A stretch of 64,000 nucleotides of DNA from Lingula anatina (GCA_051362555.1 CM120641.1:7812001-7876000); one strand, 5' to 3'; positions 43,225 through 56,187 are shown, counted from the stretch's first letter. Numbers and translations are program-made. Notes: generated by a model from the letters alone, not told the origin.

Positions 43225-45380
43225 TTACTGGCGCTCTTGGCCTCTACTATAGTCATCTCGTTCAAAAAAACGTATACAGCTTGCCTTTTTTTCCTGCTAC
43301 TCCCATCCGTCGACTTTTCGACCAGTTCATCCCCCTTTCGCGAGTTCTCGACCAATGATTCCGGCAAATGCCAGTAGTAGCTGAAAGAAATCTGAGACAA
43401 CGGTACGTGTTCGCAATCTTCTCAGCCACTATATTATGAAATATTTTCATCTTACTTCTTGGTGTAACTCGTTAAACTTGACCCACTGTAGTTAAAAAAT
43501 CATTTTATATAAGTCATAATTTTAGGATGATGAGTCTTATTGGATATTATATGTATATAATATTATTTTTATCCCTAAGGATAAAGGCAACAATTTGCTA
43601 CATTGTTATTATTGCTAAAATAATTAGGGTAGTGGGGTTATGAAATAAAAGCGGCCTTGTTTGACCAAATCTTGAACAATCGATATTCTTTGTTGCCTTC
43701 TTTTTGTTATAAATAAGACTATGAAAGTTTGTGGTACACTGGGATGGAGGAGACACTGCACAGTGTTAGATAGGGTCCATAATCTGCTGTATGATGCGTT
43801 CTGTCTTAATTTTGGGGCATGTGGGAAATTCAGGTGGTTCCGTATTTCGTGTTCTACAATGGCTAAATCGTTGCCGGATAGCATTCTCCCTCTTTCTTAT
43901 GGCATTAACCTGTGACTGTAGTTCTTTAATTGTTCATTGTGACTGCCTTCAGTTTCTTCTCAATCGTTTCCACGTTGTGGCCACCTCACACACACAACAA
44001 ATCTCTCAGCTGGTGATTGCTGTGGACTTGCCTCGGCAACTTCTATAGCAGCTAGGAGCTCTTCTTTCCTTTGGTGAAGTCTACGTTTTCGCGATTTAGT
44101 CTTCGCACGCCTCTTTTGTCTTTCAAGACATTTACAGGGAGGCGGAAGGTAGGCCTACATAGTATTTTGAGCCCGTTTTCTATCGCTTCCAAATAAGCGT
44201 CACCCTATTTTTTTTTTTTTTTTACGAGATCGATATATTTTTTTAATCTCAGCTCTTGTTTTCGCATTTTTCTGAAATAATGATGTTCCGTTCGGTATCA
44301 ATGTATTTGGCACTGCGCTCACTGCGCTCGTTGGCGATTATTTTTTTCTTGCCTAGTCTTGTTTGACATTTATTTCCGTCTTTGACATTCATTCCTGTAT
44401 TTGAATTAATTTTTTTATTACGACAAAATCATTTTCTTCGCCTACATCGTTACTGAGGATTTTATGGATTTATTTACACTTGTAACTAGCCTCATCTAAT
44501 CTTTAGCTCGAGCAGACGTCAGAAAGAACCACCTGACATCTCAAACAGAAGCTAGTTTTTCTTTCGGAGCCAGTTTTGGGCACAAGTAGATTTACACTGG
44601 TAACGTATGTTCCGGTAACGTATGTTCCAGGCCACCTAATTTTTATTTTCATAACGTATTCTTATATATTATGAAGTGATTCGATCATGTTAAATTAAAT
44701 ATGACGTAAGGATGTTTTTTATAAATATTTAAACCGTAACTAATGGGGCCTGCGTCATGGCTAATACTAGATAACGTATGTTCCCTAGGAAAATTGACAA
44801 AATGTTTTATTTTGCACAAGTACTTGGTGCAAGAAAAAACAATGTTTTCTTTTGCTGACAGAAAAATATATAGTGATTCCATGATAGTTTGACATTTCAG
44901 ATATAATATTTGGAGCACGAGGGGAAAAATAATTTATTAAATGCTTATTTTACTGTCGGTAGGGTGTATTTTCCCCGTTTTTTAAATATTCAGTGACAGG
45001 CAAACTTAAGTCGCTAAAAAACAATTAACTGCTCTATAAAGAAGCTTTTCGTAATTTTTTACAACGTTATACTTGTAGGAGATAAATTAAAGAACAAAAC
45101 CCGTGATGATCGAATTTTCAAAGTGATTAAAACGTTTCCACAGCTAGACGTTATGCATTTGTGACAGTAACGTATGTTCCTTTTTGGGGTTAGATGATGA
45201 ATTATTTTTTATTATTCGTGGTTCCAGGAAAGTGAAACTTTAATACAGACTTCTTTATGTGGGACCCTAAAATAATCAAACATAGTTTGTAATCTGTGCA
45301 CTACATATTTTTAGGAACATGTCTGTGACATCATTTGCACCTCTATATTGGGTTTGGGTGAATGATGTTCGGGATATGGC
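41983..45380 (-). mobile_element. Decayed DNA transposon with terminal inverted repeats, probably Sola2-like
   Basis: Perfect 25-bp inverted repeat cacccaaacccaatatagaggtgca at 42003-42027 and 45336-45360, with the left end starting GAG. Interrupted minus-strand coding remnants at ~43090-44150 include RFFERDDYSR and RNLKETYKK, resembling the FxxRDDNSRxxPGKKD region I associate with Sola2-type transposases. Subterminal gtaacgtatgttcc repeats. The family call is from memory. Confidence 0.6.
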
Positions 45381-45809
45381 ATCTTGGATTTTGATTTGCA
45401 TTGGTGCAACAAACGCAGCGTGCTCGACGTGTGAGAAGAATGTGTTCTGTGCTTTGTAATATAATGTATGCTATTCCCTTGCGCAAAAGGCACCGTACAG
45501 CATATGGCACGACCCCCCACAATAGAGCATCTAATGACGTGAAAACATACGTGCTGGAAATGATGCATTTGCTTTTCCTGCCGCTAGAAAATTTTGAACC
45601 TTGGCTGGTTGCACCTCCAAAGGAATGGAAGAAAAGGTTGACTACTAAACAGTAGGATTTCGCTTATATAATGTAAATTTTCAAAAATGAACAAAAGTCG
45701 AGAAAAAATGATCTTTTGTGTTTTTTTTTTTTTTTTTTTTCAATTTCTTATGAAAAAGATTCCTGTTTCTGTTTTAGGCAGCTTGTTCCACTCTACCGGT
45801 GCAGCTATA

Positions 45810-47872
45810 GGGGAGACCGGTGTAACATGAAAATCTGACTCCCATGAAAATCTGACTCCCCCAGTCAGATTTTCATAATGAAAATCTGACTCCCCCCATG
45901 AAAATTTGACTCCCCCTCCACAAAACTTCATAAATCTTATTTTATTTTGAACATATGTCTGTGATCTTGTAGTATGTAAAATGGTGGATACATTGGCACA
46001 ATCAAACAATGACCACAGGCATTTCAGTGCTCCATGCCTTACCTGTGGTACATGGTTAATTGCAATTAGGGGGAGTCAAATATTCATGGGGGAGTCAGAT
46101 TTTCATTATGTGCACATTTAATTTTCTTATTTTTTCATGAAAATTTTCACCTGCAAACTACAAAAAAAAAGTGCCAATGTATCCTCCATTTTACATACTA
46201 CAAGATCACAGTCATATACTCAAAATGAAATAAGATTTATGAAGTTTTGTGGAGGGGGAGTCAAATTTTCATTGGGGAGTCAGATTTTCATTATGTGCAC
46301 ATTTTTAATTTTCTTATTTTTCATGAAAATTTTCACCTGCAAACTACAAAAAAAAAGTGCGAATGTATCCTCCATTATGCATACTACAAGATCATAGTCA
46401 TTTACTCAAATAAAATGAGATTAATGAATTTTTTTTTTTTTTTTTTGGGGGGGGGGGAGTCAAAATTTCATAGGGGGAGTCACATTTTCATTATGAAAAT
46501 TTGACTGGGGAGTCACATTTTCATGATGAAAAGCTGACTGGGGAGTCACATTTTAGGGGAGTCAGATTTTCATGGTACACCGGGACTAGTTGGACCCCGG
46601 GGTAAGTTGGCCCCCCGTCATTTTATGAAAAAGTAACTACGAGGTAAAAAAATTGGCCACATACTCTTGTAAAGTGACCGTAGCCTACAATGCTAAGGAA
46701 GTGTCGGCCGTTAAAAAGTTTTAATTAAGCGGTGAGTCCAAATAAGCTATTTTTGCACCTAAAAGTAATTTTGTTTAAGAGATTTAAAAAATCTATTTTC
46801 ATAGGCTTTTGATCGAATATAAGATATGTATAGGGCATCAAACTGAAGCTCAATGTTTCAAGTTTCACAGAGATGTATCATCGTTGCTCATTCTAGCACC
46901 ATAAATGGCTGCCATCCCTTAAAATAAATAATGTGCACCCGGGGCTAGTTGCCCCCCCTTGACTTAGGGCAAGTTGGACCCTCATATTACCCACAATCCT
47001 TTGCGCGCAACGCAGTTTTAACTTCTTGAAATAAACAAGTTGGTGAAATTGACAAAGCTTGGCGGTGTTTACCGTCTGATTGTTTTTTTTTTAATTTGCT
47101 CTCTGGTGTCTTTTCGAAAATCTACATTAGAAATGTTCTGTTGATTGTATGTATTAGAAAGCAAATCCATTTGACTTTCCTTAGAAAAACATTTATTTTG
47201 CCTTAATTCATTGTAAGGTGATTTTATTGTATTTATAGTGTTATATGTCGCCTCAAAGGGATTTTCCACCCCTCCCATTGTTGAAACAAACTCAATGGTT
47301 TAAAACTGAATTTGTTACTTTCTTTTAAAACGTAAATTTATTATTCGTTTTCATTCATTAAAAACCTGCTTTATAGCATTATTAATTTATTCTTAATTAA
47401 AACAAAACAAATTTTATTGATAGATTTTTTGGTACTTGCAACACATACTCCCCCCCCTCCCCACACACACACACAACGTGACGTACGGAAACCTCAATAA
47501 ATCTGCCTCATTTGAACTATTTATTCATCAAAGACTCTCAAAAATCAATTTAATAAATTAAAAATGTATAAAATGTATTTCAAGGCGTTTAAATGGGATA
47601 TATACTTCATTTTCGTATAGGGGGGCCAACTTACCCCGACCCTGGGGCCAACTTGCCCCGTGGCAGGGCAAGTTGGCCCCCTTGACGTCAACTGCGTTTT
47701 TTGTCAAATTGTGAGCCATCTGTCTGGCATCATATTTGAAAAATAAGGGCGTTGCATACGTAGCTTAGTTCATGGGGCTTACTTTGAAACCGGTTTTGTT
47801 ACTCTAACCCATTCCTAGTTGGCTCTACAAGGTCAAAAGTGTCTAACTGGGCCAACTAGCCCCGGTCTTCCC
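45810..47872. mobile_element. TA-flanked non-autonomous DNA transposon (Tc1/mariner-pogo-like), interrupted by a nested MITE
   Basis: With the insert removed, the left end reads ta|ggggagaccgggactagttgg and the right end reads ccaactagccccggtcttccc|ta. Repeated gggcaagttggcccc subterminal motifs occur in both orientations. Confidence 0.7.
45821..46579. mobile_element. Non-autonomous Ginger1-like element (TGT...ACA termini, CCGG target-site duplication)
   Basis: TIRs tgtaacatgaaaatctgactccc / gggagtcagattttcatggtaca, with CCGG at 45817-20 and 46580-83. Long internal inverted arms and an internal ~185-bp tandem duplication (~46068-46440). Confidence 0.8.
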
Positions 47873-48489
47873 TACAATGCTATGTCACCATACGTTTTTT
47901 ACCTTGCTTTTGGAATTTTCAATAAAACATGACGGATTCGCACTCAAGCAATGTGGAAAACATTGTATGCAACAGAGATAGGATTTCAGGTACTTTTCAG
48001 GATCTACAGCGCACCTTGACCTAAAAAGATAGTGCTGTGCAACGTAGCAGTTTATGTTAATGTCTCACGGAAAGAAAACCAACTGACGAGGGAATAATAA
48101 CGCTGTTCTTCACTGGCTGGCTTTCCACCTGAACACCAGAGGAAGGAAAGGTACGATATATATACAGACTTGACATTTAATATGGAATATTTTTTCCAAA
48201 TCATAATTCATCAGTTTTTTTCCTATTTTGCAGACTGATAAATGAAAATAAGGATCAAAATCGTGTTTTAATAACTTATGATAAACTGTTCCATGTCATT
48301 GTGACATCAGTTCTTTAATTGACTTCGCCAATGAAGCAAACAAAACTACATTGCCAATCTTAAGTCATACGACAACCATTGAAAGCGGTATTTTGGATCT
48401 CCATATTTTCCAAATTATCGTCTTTAAAAGAGTTACACGACCCACAAAGAACCTTCATGTCAGTGTCTAGTCACAGTAACGGTCGCCGC

Positions 48490-49480
48490 TATGCCTGACC
48501 TTATCCTTCTGCTACCAGAGCTTTCAAGAGGCAAGGCATTTCTTGCGATAGTTTTTTAAGAATTTAATCTGGAATAAAAGTCCAGGCAACGGTTAAAGCT
48601 TGTCCAATTTGGTTCAATTTTGTTGTAGGACATGCTGGCCGTTGATTTGGCGACTATTGACCTAACCACATATTGTCAAAGTGAATCAAATATGGCGATT
48701 TTGATGACCAAGGTAGCTGCTCATTCCCTTGGTTCTGTAAGTTATCTGCTAATAAAAGTGCTCTGTGTGAACCAGCAATCTGATCGTGCAACCTAAAACT
48801 GTTCCTAAGGTGTCCCCTATCAAATGATAGTCAAGTGGTTCCCAGATTATTCCTTTATTTGATCTGGTTCAGGTTTTAGTCAATGACTTCCATTGGTGTT
48901 TTGGCACCAGTGTGGTATCAACTCCAAATACTGACGCTGTTAATGGCCCTAGTCACTTCAGAAGCGGCACACACCTTGTCGTAGACCTCTTGAAGATGTC
49001 TGTAAACTCTTTTTTGACCAATTTAGCGGTACAGGCGAAATCTGACCTCAATAAAGAAAACAACGCGGTTTCAATGTTCTACCCAGAAACGGTCATGGTC
49101 CCCAATTCATTAGAGAAGCAGACTACGCTGTTCTGCTGTTTACAGTGGCCTCCTCAGAGGTGGGCTGGTATCTTAATCTGCTTAAACCAGTTTGGTGTTC
49201 GCTAAGAGACTTGAAAAACGCGCTTTAGTGACAATTTGCCCCTCATTTAAAACGGACTGGGTGGTTTTGGTTTAATTGCAGCAGCATATCCTGAAGGAAA
49301 TTGAGTCCTGTATTCTGGTGGTAAGATATCGATACATTGGACGTGGTGTCTGTGTGGGTACATGAGCCTGGGCATAAGTCTGTGAAATTGTGCGGACCGT
49401 TTCTTTTGGGGCAATAATCTGTCTGGCAATGTCTTTCTTTTTCGCGCCATTCTGGCACATTTTAACAATTTTGAAAAACA
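48490..49480 (-). pseudogene. Degenerate Tc1-like transposase
   Basis: Stop-riddled minus-strand translation gives an HTH-like NGAKKKDIARQIIAPKETVRTI, then NRVVFFIEVRFRL (cf. VVFSDESRF), SVSIW, HDQIAGSHRA (cf. QQDNAPAH), LPWSSKSPYLIHFDNMW (cf. WPSxSPDLNPIENLW) and AWTFIP. TIRs were not located. Confidence 0.8.
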
Positions 49481-49822
49481 ATACTTAACTCATTTTACGC
49501 ACTGCAAAACCGACCGCTTGCATGCAAAATTTCAAATTCTTCTATGCAGTGGTTGCCGACATATGGATACTTTTTTGACAGAACCATCCCTCGCCAAAGC
49601 CAAGCTTTGACCAGCCCAAAGGAGCACTACCCAGTTAAATCAATCCATATTTAACAATGCAGCAGTGCATCAGACTTGGTAAGCAGTTAATTGGTAGAGA
49701 CACACCTTTCTTCATACTTCCCCAGTCAGATATCTTATATGAGATCTGAGTGTTTTCAATAAAGAACGCATTTTTACCTAGGTATACCTTTAAAACTGAA
49801 ATATTCCATATTAAATGTCAAG

Positions 49823-49825
<3 letters not shown>

Positions 49826-49905
<80 letters not shown>
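49826..49905. repeat. (TA)n microsatellite, ~80 bp
   Basis: Uninterrupted TA run upstream of SCP paralogue B, followed by (GT)n(GA)n at ~49989-50030. Confidence 0.95.
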
Positions 49906-49907
<2 letters not shown>

Positions 49908-49987
49908 CAAAAGGGCAAACAGGAGAAATACAAAGAATATATTATTTGTACTGAGTTTGGTGCGTGTCACGGGCGTCAATTTGTGTA

Positions 49988-50030
<43 letters not shown>

Positions 50031-50154
50031 GGTGAAAATTCATGAAAGTAGAATTGTCCAATAATAACTTTCTTTTTCATGCAATGACAGCTGCCTTCTT
50101 AATTAAACAAATGCATACTTATTCAAACAAAACAAAACTGTGTTGTCGTTCTAG

Positions 50155-50700
50155 ATGTCTGACCACGCTCCACTGCCGGAATTTTGGGTGCGAAAAATAC
50201 GCTCCTTTTTCGTTCTCTTTGATCGCGATCTGGACGGAATCGTCCGAAAAGAAGACTACTTGGACTGGGTGCTGGAACGAACCAAGTCATTTCTGGCAAA
50301 GGACAAACAGGAGAAATACAAAGAATATTGGAACGCAGCGTGGAACGAGTTTTGGGGAGGACCAGAAGGGAAAGTTTCTGTCACTTTCGAGGAAATGATG
50401 CAATCTCACGCGCGCACATTTAGAGACCCAAAATTCGCCGAAACCTGCAAGAATTGGTTTAACTTGACCTTTGACGGCGCGGATGCAAACAGCGACGAGT
50501 TTATCACCCTTCAGGAATACTCTGACTTCCTGAAGTGCTACGGCGTCCATCCTCTATCGGTGACGCCATCTTTCCAGGCGCTGGACACAAATCACGACGG
50601 TTTGATTAGCAGAGAAGATTTTACGAATGCTGGGAGAGATTATTTTGTTACAACAGATGATAACCCGTCAAAACTCTTCTGGGGACCTTTCCTCTGCTAA
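50155..50700 (+). CDS. Sarcoplasmic calcium-binding protein-like EF-hand protein, paralogue B (181 aa)
   Basis: Colinear with 38316-38858 (APLPEFWVRK, FDRDLD, SHARTF, CYGxHPLSVTPSFQA, LFWGP). EF loops are DRDLDGIVRKED, DANSDEFITLQE and DTNHDGLISRED. A splice acceptor (ttctag) lies directly before the ATG. Confidence 0.9.
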   Translation: MSDHAPLPEFWVRKIRSFFVLFDRDLDGIVRKEDYLDWVLERTKSFLAKDKQEKYKEYWNAAWNEFWGGPEGKVSVTFEEMMQSHARTFRDPKFAETCKNWFNLTFDGADANSDEFITLQEYSDFLKCYGVHPLSVTPSFQALDTNHDGLISREDFTNAGRDYFVTTDDNPSKLFWGPFLC

Positions 50701-52073
50701 ACACGCATACCATTTCCTTAAATGAAACATTGCAAATGACTACCTGGCCTATAACTATGACCTCCATATGCGTACAACAAAGACGTGATTTAAAAAATGT
50801 AAATCATACCATTAATTGTACCTAAAACACCTTGGATCCACAGATATTAAACACAGAAGAGGAAATAACACCCAGCCAAATGCATTAACTGGCAATGGTT
50901 TTGAACGAAAAAAAAAAAAAACTTCTGCTAAGATAAAGTCCCCAGATGCACACAGGTGTGAGGAGATATGGCGCATTTTGACGGCGAGAACGTCACAGAT
51001 GGGGTGGGCTTGTCATTTAAGATCAGGCTAGCATCCGACTTCTGTTCAAAAGATCAATTGGGGTCTATATCTATGCCGATTAAGACAGGAGTTCAATTGC
51101 CAAAAATAATAATAATAATCCTCGGTGACTTCTATGATGGAGACACGCACGAAGACCATAACCTCAAAGCAAAAATAGAATCTTTACCGAAACTTGCATT
51201 ATATCGTATATTCCGAATGCTACAACGTATATGCAATCTTAATGTCAGTATACATGTAGTCAATTGTCATGCAGATGACACAATTCCACGGGCGTTATTT
51301 CAACAACCCATAAACCAGTACCTGAAAATAAGTCGTCCTGCTTTTATGTAACTGTTAGACATGCTTTAAAATATAAGCTAAATCCAAAAAAATTTAATGT
51401 TATAATGGACTTAACATTTTACTTCGACTGTTATATATTCATTCATCGACCCATCTTGTTAAGTTTATATTTCTGTGTCAAAGTAGAGGTCTTTTCTAAT
51501 GATATTATTAATTTTACTCCTTATTCCAATATTAAACTTTTGGAAAATGTGAACGTCAGCAGAGGCTTTTTTCAACCATGAGCCGTTATAATAATATACG
51601 AAATGGAATGGAGACTTAAATCCAAAAATATTAATTGAATACATAGTAAATGCTGATTTGGGTGGCAATAAATATGGTTGGGGTTAATGGCGTTCGTCAT
51701 TTTTCTTCTTCTTCTTCTTTTTTTTTGAACGTGTCTGAATAATTTATTACGAATGTCCATATGTCTTAAAATCTTAGAATATTTTACAAAGGAAACATAC
51801 AAAAATATAAATGCAAAATACACGCAAACATGGTCTTATCAAATCAAAACAATTGACAGTTAGTTTTTGAACATTTTATTTCTTTCAAATCGTAGAAATA
51901 TGTGGAAATATTTAAAAAGTCGAATCCGGAGTTACTATATAATTGCTTTTGCCGAGAAGAATTCCAGTACTCTTGTGATGAAATTACAATAGACTCTCGA
52001 AAGTACGTGCAAAGAGTGAGTTGCTAAGATGATTCAAAATGGTTTGACTTCATGAGTCCTGTAGGTAAATGAA

Positions 52074-53268
52074 TTACAATATACGACGAGTGACATCGTT
52101 TCTTACGCTTTTAGAAAACTTATTCTTTAATAAAACAGAGAATTTTACATTAGTTAACTTCATCAATTTGCAATGCGGTTTTCTGATAGTGAAGCCTCGC
52201 GTCCAGTTGCATGCTCGGATATTAAGGGTTGAATCTTTGGAACGTGCTTTGCAAAATGTAGAAACTTTTTCATTGGTTTCTTTGAGAAATTTCACTTCTT
52301 CAAAGAAATCATCATTCTGCTTTAAAAGTGTTTTTTCAAATTTTCTCTTAAAATATTGATATAACAAATAATCTTTCTTGCTCAGTTTGTGTAATAGCTG
52401 AGACACGGCTGGGTCTTCTCCCTCTCTCTTTAGATCTTGGTACTCTGTTGCTTTAATTTTGTGGATTTTCAAGTATATGATATCAGCTATGTCCCAGCAT
52501 AACCTGCGCTTTAACATCACCAGACCTTCGTCTATATATTTTAGAATCAAAACATAATCGAATTCTTTATCAATTATTCGAAGGAAATCGTTCACTGAGG
52601 TAATATTTTTATTGGGACTTGTAGGAAACCCCAAATATTTTATCATAACGTTTATCAGATTGGGGACTTTTCTAGATTTATAAAGATCTCTTGAACTGAG
52701 AAACGTGTGTAACTGCCCTCTACCCTCTAGTCCAAGTTTTTCTCCGACTTTAAAGAAGTTGAAACCTGACACAAAGTGAGTTAACGGTTCTCTCAACATT
52801 ACCACATACACGGAATCCGCCGGCATGATTCTAGCTACTGCCTCTCTGCTGTAGTTGCTATGATGTGCCATTATATCATACTTTGCTCTACTTGTACTGT
52901 CAAACTGATCGGCATGGAGATCATAATTGGAGTTTCTTATTGTCAAATTGTGTCTTCCAGCAGCAGGTAGGGCCACTCGTAAATCGTTTTGAAACGCGTA
53001 CCTCAAAAGTATATTGGACACGGTGGTGGAACCGGTTTTAGGGATTTTTACAAAGACTATGTGCCTGTGGGGTGAGCACCTCCCTGGCCAAGTGGCGCCC
53101 TGGAATGACTTGTACTCAGGAACAGGGGCAATATCGGAGCTTGATCGATATACTAGGGACATCTTATAGTCGTCTGCTAGACTTCTAGTGTCAGAGCTGA
53201 AAAACAAATATCAGTGCTATATGGTATATGTCAGTTTTGATTTATGTCCTTTTTTATTCAGCTGCCAT

Positions 53269-53321
<53 letters not shown>

Positions 53322-53596
53322 CAGATCTTGCGGCATCATCATAGGTAAATAGAAGTACTTATGTACTCATATATATATATATATAATGCGACCTTTATCT
53401 CAGCTCATTAAAAATTTTTTCTCGCGAACACTTACCCAAGGTTTTTTACTTACATTTTGGTCTTGGAAGACGCTGTGAGTGGACGGAAAACTTCTCCACT
53501 GAGTATTGATGATGCCTGATCTGTCATTACCAGAAGATAAGAACAACAAGTAACGAGGATGACAACTATGACACCAATAAGTTTGAATCTTCCCAT
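52074..53596 (-). CDS. Galactose-3-O-sulfotransferase family (GAL3ST-like) Golgi type II membrane protein, ~421 aa, 2 coding exons
   Basis: Exon 53454-53596 encodes MGRFKLIGVIVVILVTCCSYLLV (signal anchor) and splices in phase 2 to 52074-53196. Motifs: 5'-PSB IVFVKIPKTGSTT, 3'-PB MLREPLTHFVSGF, EFDYVLILKYIDEGLVMLKRRLCW and DYLLYQYF. Confidence 0.9.
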
Positions 53597-56187
53597 TCTT
53601 TGTTGTTATTTTTTTCTTTTTTTTCCAATTGTTGCACTGAAAATACAAGTGCTTTGACGAAATAAAAGAAGCATCAAAACCTTTGTGTAATATACTACAT
53701 ATAACTGGGAGTCCCCTTCATCCAGTAATTCTACATGCCAGACATGTACATGTACATTGTATAGTCTTTTCGACAGTCAACATGTGAATATCTACATGAT
53801 TCTGTTAATCTCTTCTCATCTTCTTTAACGACACATGTCTGTGATACAAGTACACTTAAAACATGTAGCAAATGCATTACTCACAAGTCGCAGACGATAA
53901 AATAAAACGGGCGTCGTTTTCAGTTGCAGTATCAGAGGCTGGTATCAGCAGGGCGGCATCCTTTTCGAATTAGCTGGCAAACCAAGGATATAGCTGACTC
54001 AGTAAATAATCAATTTCCATCGCGTCCTGACACAAAATGGACCTCGAGGAACTCATTCCCATGACACTCGTCAAGCCCTATTTCAAATTTGCTACTGACA
54101 ATCCCTGGTTTTTCTAACAAGACCAATTTTTTTCTTGCTTCACTCGCCAAATACAAAACAGTAGGCGATGACAATTTCACTAATAATAGGCTATGTAGGG
54201 CACAGCGATTAGCCTAGAAGATATGATAGATTATGTGCAGTTTTTTCTTGTCAGATTGTTCGTTGTATTTTCACGGGGAGAATATAGGCATATCTAGAAG
54301 CCAAGGGGGAGATGTCTGCTGTGTCCGATCCGCCATTGGTGAATATTATGAATAAGACATTTAACTGGTTCAAAAATTAGACTAGTTTTCCTTATATCTG
54401 ACAACCAATTTGATGTAATTTCTATGCTCTGAAAGCATGACGTTCTGACAAAAATGAGTTGAATCCGAGCACCCTAGTTCACTGTGAATAATATCTCTTA
54501 AACTGGTCTCGCTCTGCTTACTGGGAGAGAGTTCATGACAGTACCTGGAGCTTACCTGTTACCTGTTTGGAGCCGTGCCCCCAGTTGACCTCTCAAGTCA
54601 TCAGCTAGCAATGCAGGTCACCGGCACCTGGGACCGGTTGCACAAAAGAATTAGACCAAGGCTGAAATATTTAGTTACTCTGGCCCAAGACAAGTGAGTA
54701 ATTAGTAGTCGACTTAATTGAAATATTGTGCCTGTTCTTTCAAAAAGGGCTTATGTTATAGACCAATACTTACCTCATAGTCAGTGCATAGTGGACTACT
54801 ACAGATTTCTCCTGAATTAAAGTAGGTGCTGGTCACAATATTAGTGTTTTAGTCTGGTTCTAGAGCTGTGGGCTACAGATGAACTACGTGTGGCGACATA
54901 CGCAGCGACTTGACCCAAATAAGCCGACAGAAAGGGGAAATAATAAATTAAGAATTTAGGCTTTATTTCATACTACGGAAAATGACAGGTCATTCAAAAG
55001 ACATAGATGTGATTATTTAGGTATAGATCCTAGCATCTCTATGTGACATATAAAAGGGTAAAATATAACCAAGCAGCTGCTGCTCTGAACTGCGCATCTT
55101 TGGAATCGTCTGCTATTAGGCAAGTTGAACGAAAGTAACGCACGCGCAAAACATCTATACCAGATCGTTGCAACGTCATATCGGTGTTATGCTCCCACTG
55201 GTACATGACTGTGCGAGAGCAGGGACATCACAGGGACCAGTGAAGCTATTCGACGAAGCTATTTTTGTAACACAAATACGTAAATAATGATAGAAGAATC
55301 AGCTACCCAGTCGTCTTCTAAGAGGTTTGGCAAGCACTGGGCTAAATTAAAAAAATGAATAAAATTTAAAAAATAAAAAATTGAAAACTGCAGTCGCTAA
55401 TTTAAGCAATAACATATTTAATATACAATATTTCGCTAATACGCAAATATACATATACAACCGAATAAACAGTATATAAACTACTTGAGCAATATAAGCA
55501 CTATACCTCACTCCATTTCTCTTTCTCTCTCCAGTTACAAGTATTAATATCGCAACAGAATGTAAAAGATCTGCCACCATGAGAGCAAAAATGCAATTCG
55601 TTTTAGACTAAAATTGTTCCTTTTTTCTCATATAGAAATTTTCCATCCCGTTGAGATGTAATTTCATTCCAATGACACAAATGTAAAGCATCACAAAATC
55701 ATTATAATTAACTTAAGGAACTTCCCGCAATTTCTCAAAATAATCGATGGCTTGTTCAGGCTGTTGCAACGGTTGTCGTTAAAACGCAAGCCTTTTTGTG
55801 AATATCACATTTCTTTCTATCATGGCGATATAGTATATACAAACCGGTGATACCATTCGGTCTATCCCAATATTTGGGATCACCCGAGGACGAGCGAACA
55901 CCGAAAACTTAGCTAACAGTGTCAGTGAACGCTGGCTAAAGCGGACATGGCAATGCAACATAGTTCATGTTGTAGTTGGTATTTGAATACCTTGACTTGG
56001 AGCAGTTAAAATCCACAAGTATTCGTGTTACTGTATTTCTCTCTTAATACTTGTAAAAAAGAAAAAGAAAAACACTAATAGCTTTATTTTTTTCGAAAAA
56101 CTACTCAGTTGGAGGTGCAATAATGTTCGGTCTTTTTTCTTTGAGAATGATTGATAACATACGACGACCAAATTTCTTCTCAAAGTT

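Noticed and set aside
53431-53453. Second 5' donor for GAL3ST exon 1
   Set aside because: Using it would include an in-frame TAA immediately after the first donor.
38316-53596. Bioluminescence cluster (photoprotein or luciferin-binding EF-hand proteins plus a luciferin sulfotransferase)
   Set aside because: The EF-hand proteins have SCP-type RKMRSFF/RKIRSFF and FxGP ends and lack the aequorin/obelin RHKHMF and C-terminal His/Trp/Tyr set. The sulfotransferase is a Golgi type II GAL3ST, not a cytosolic small-molecule SULT.
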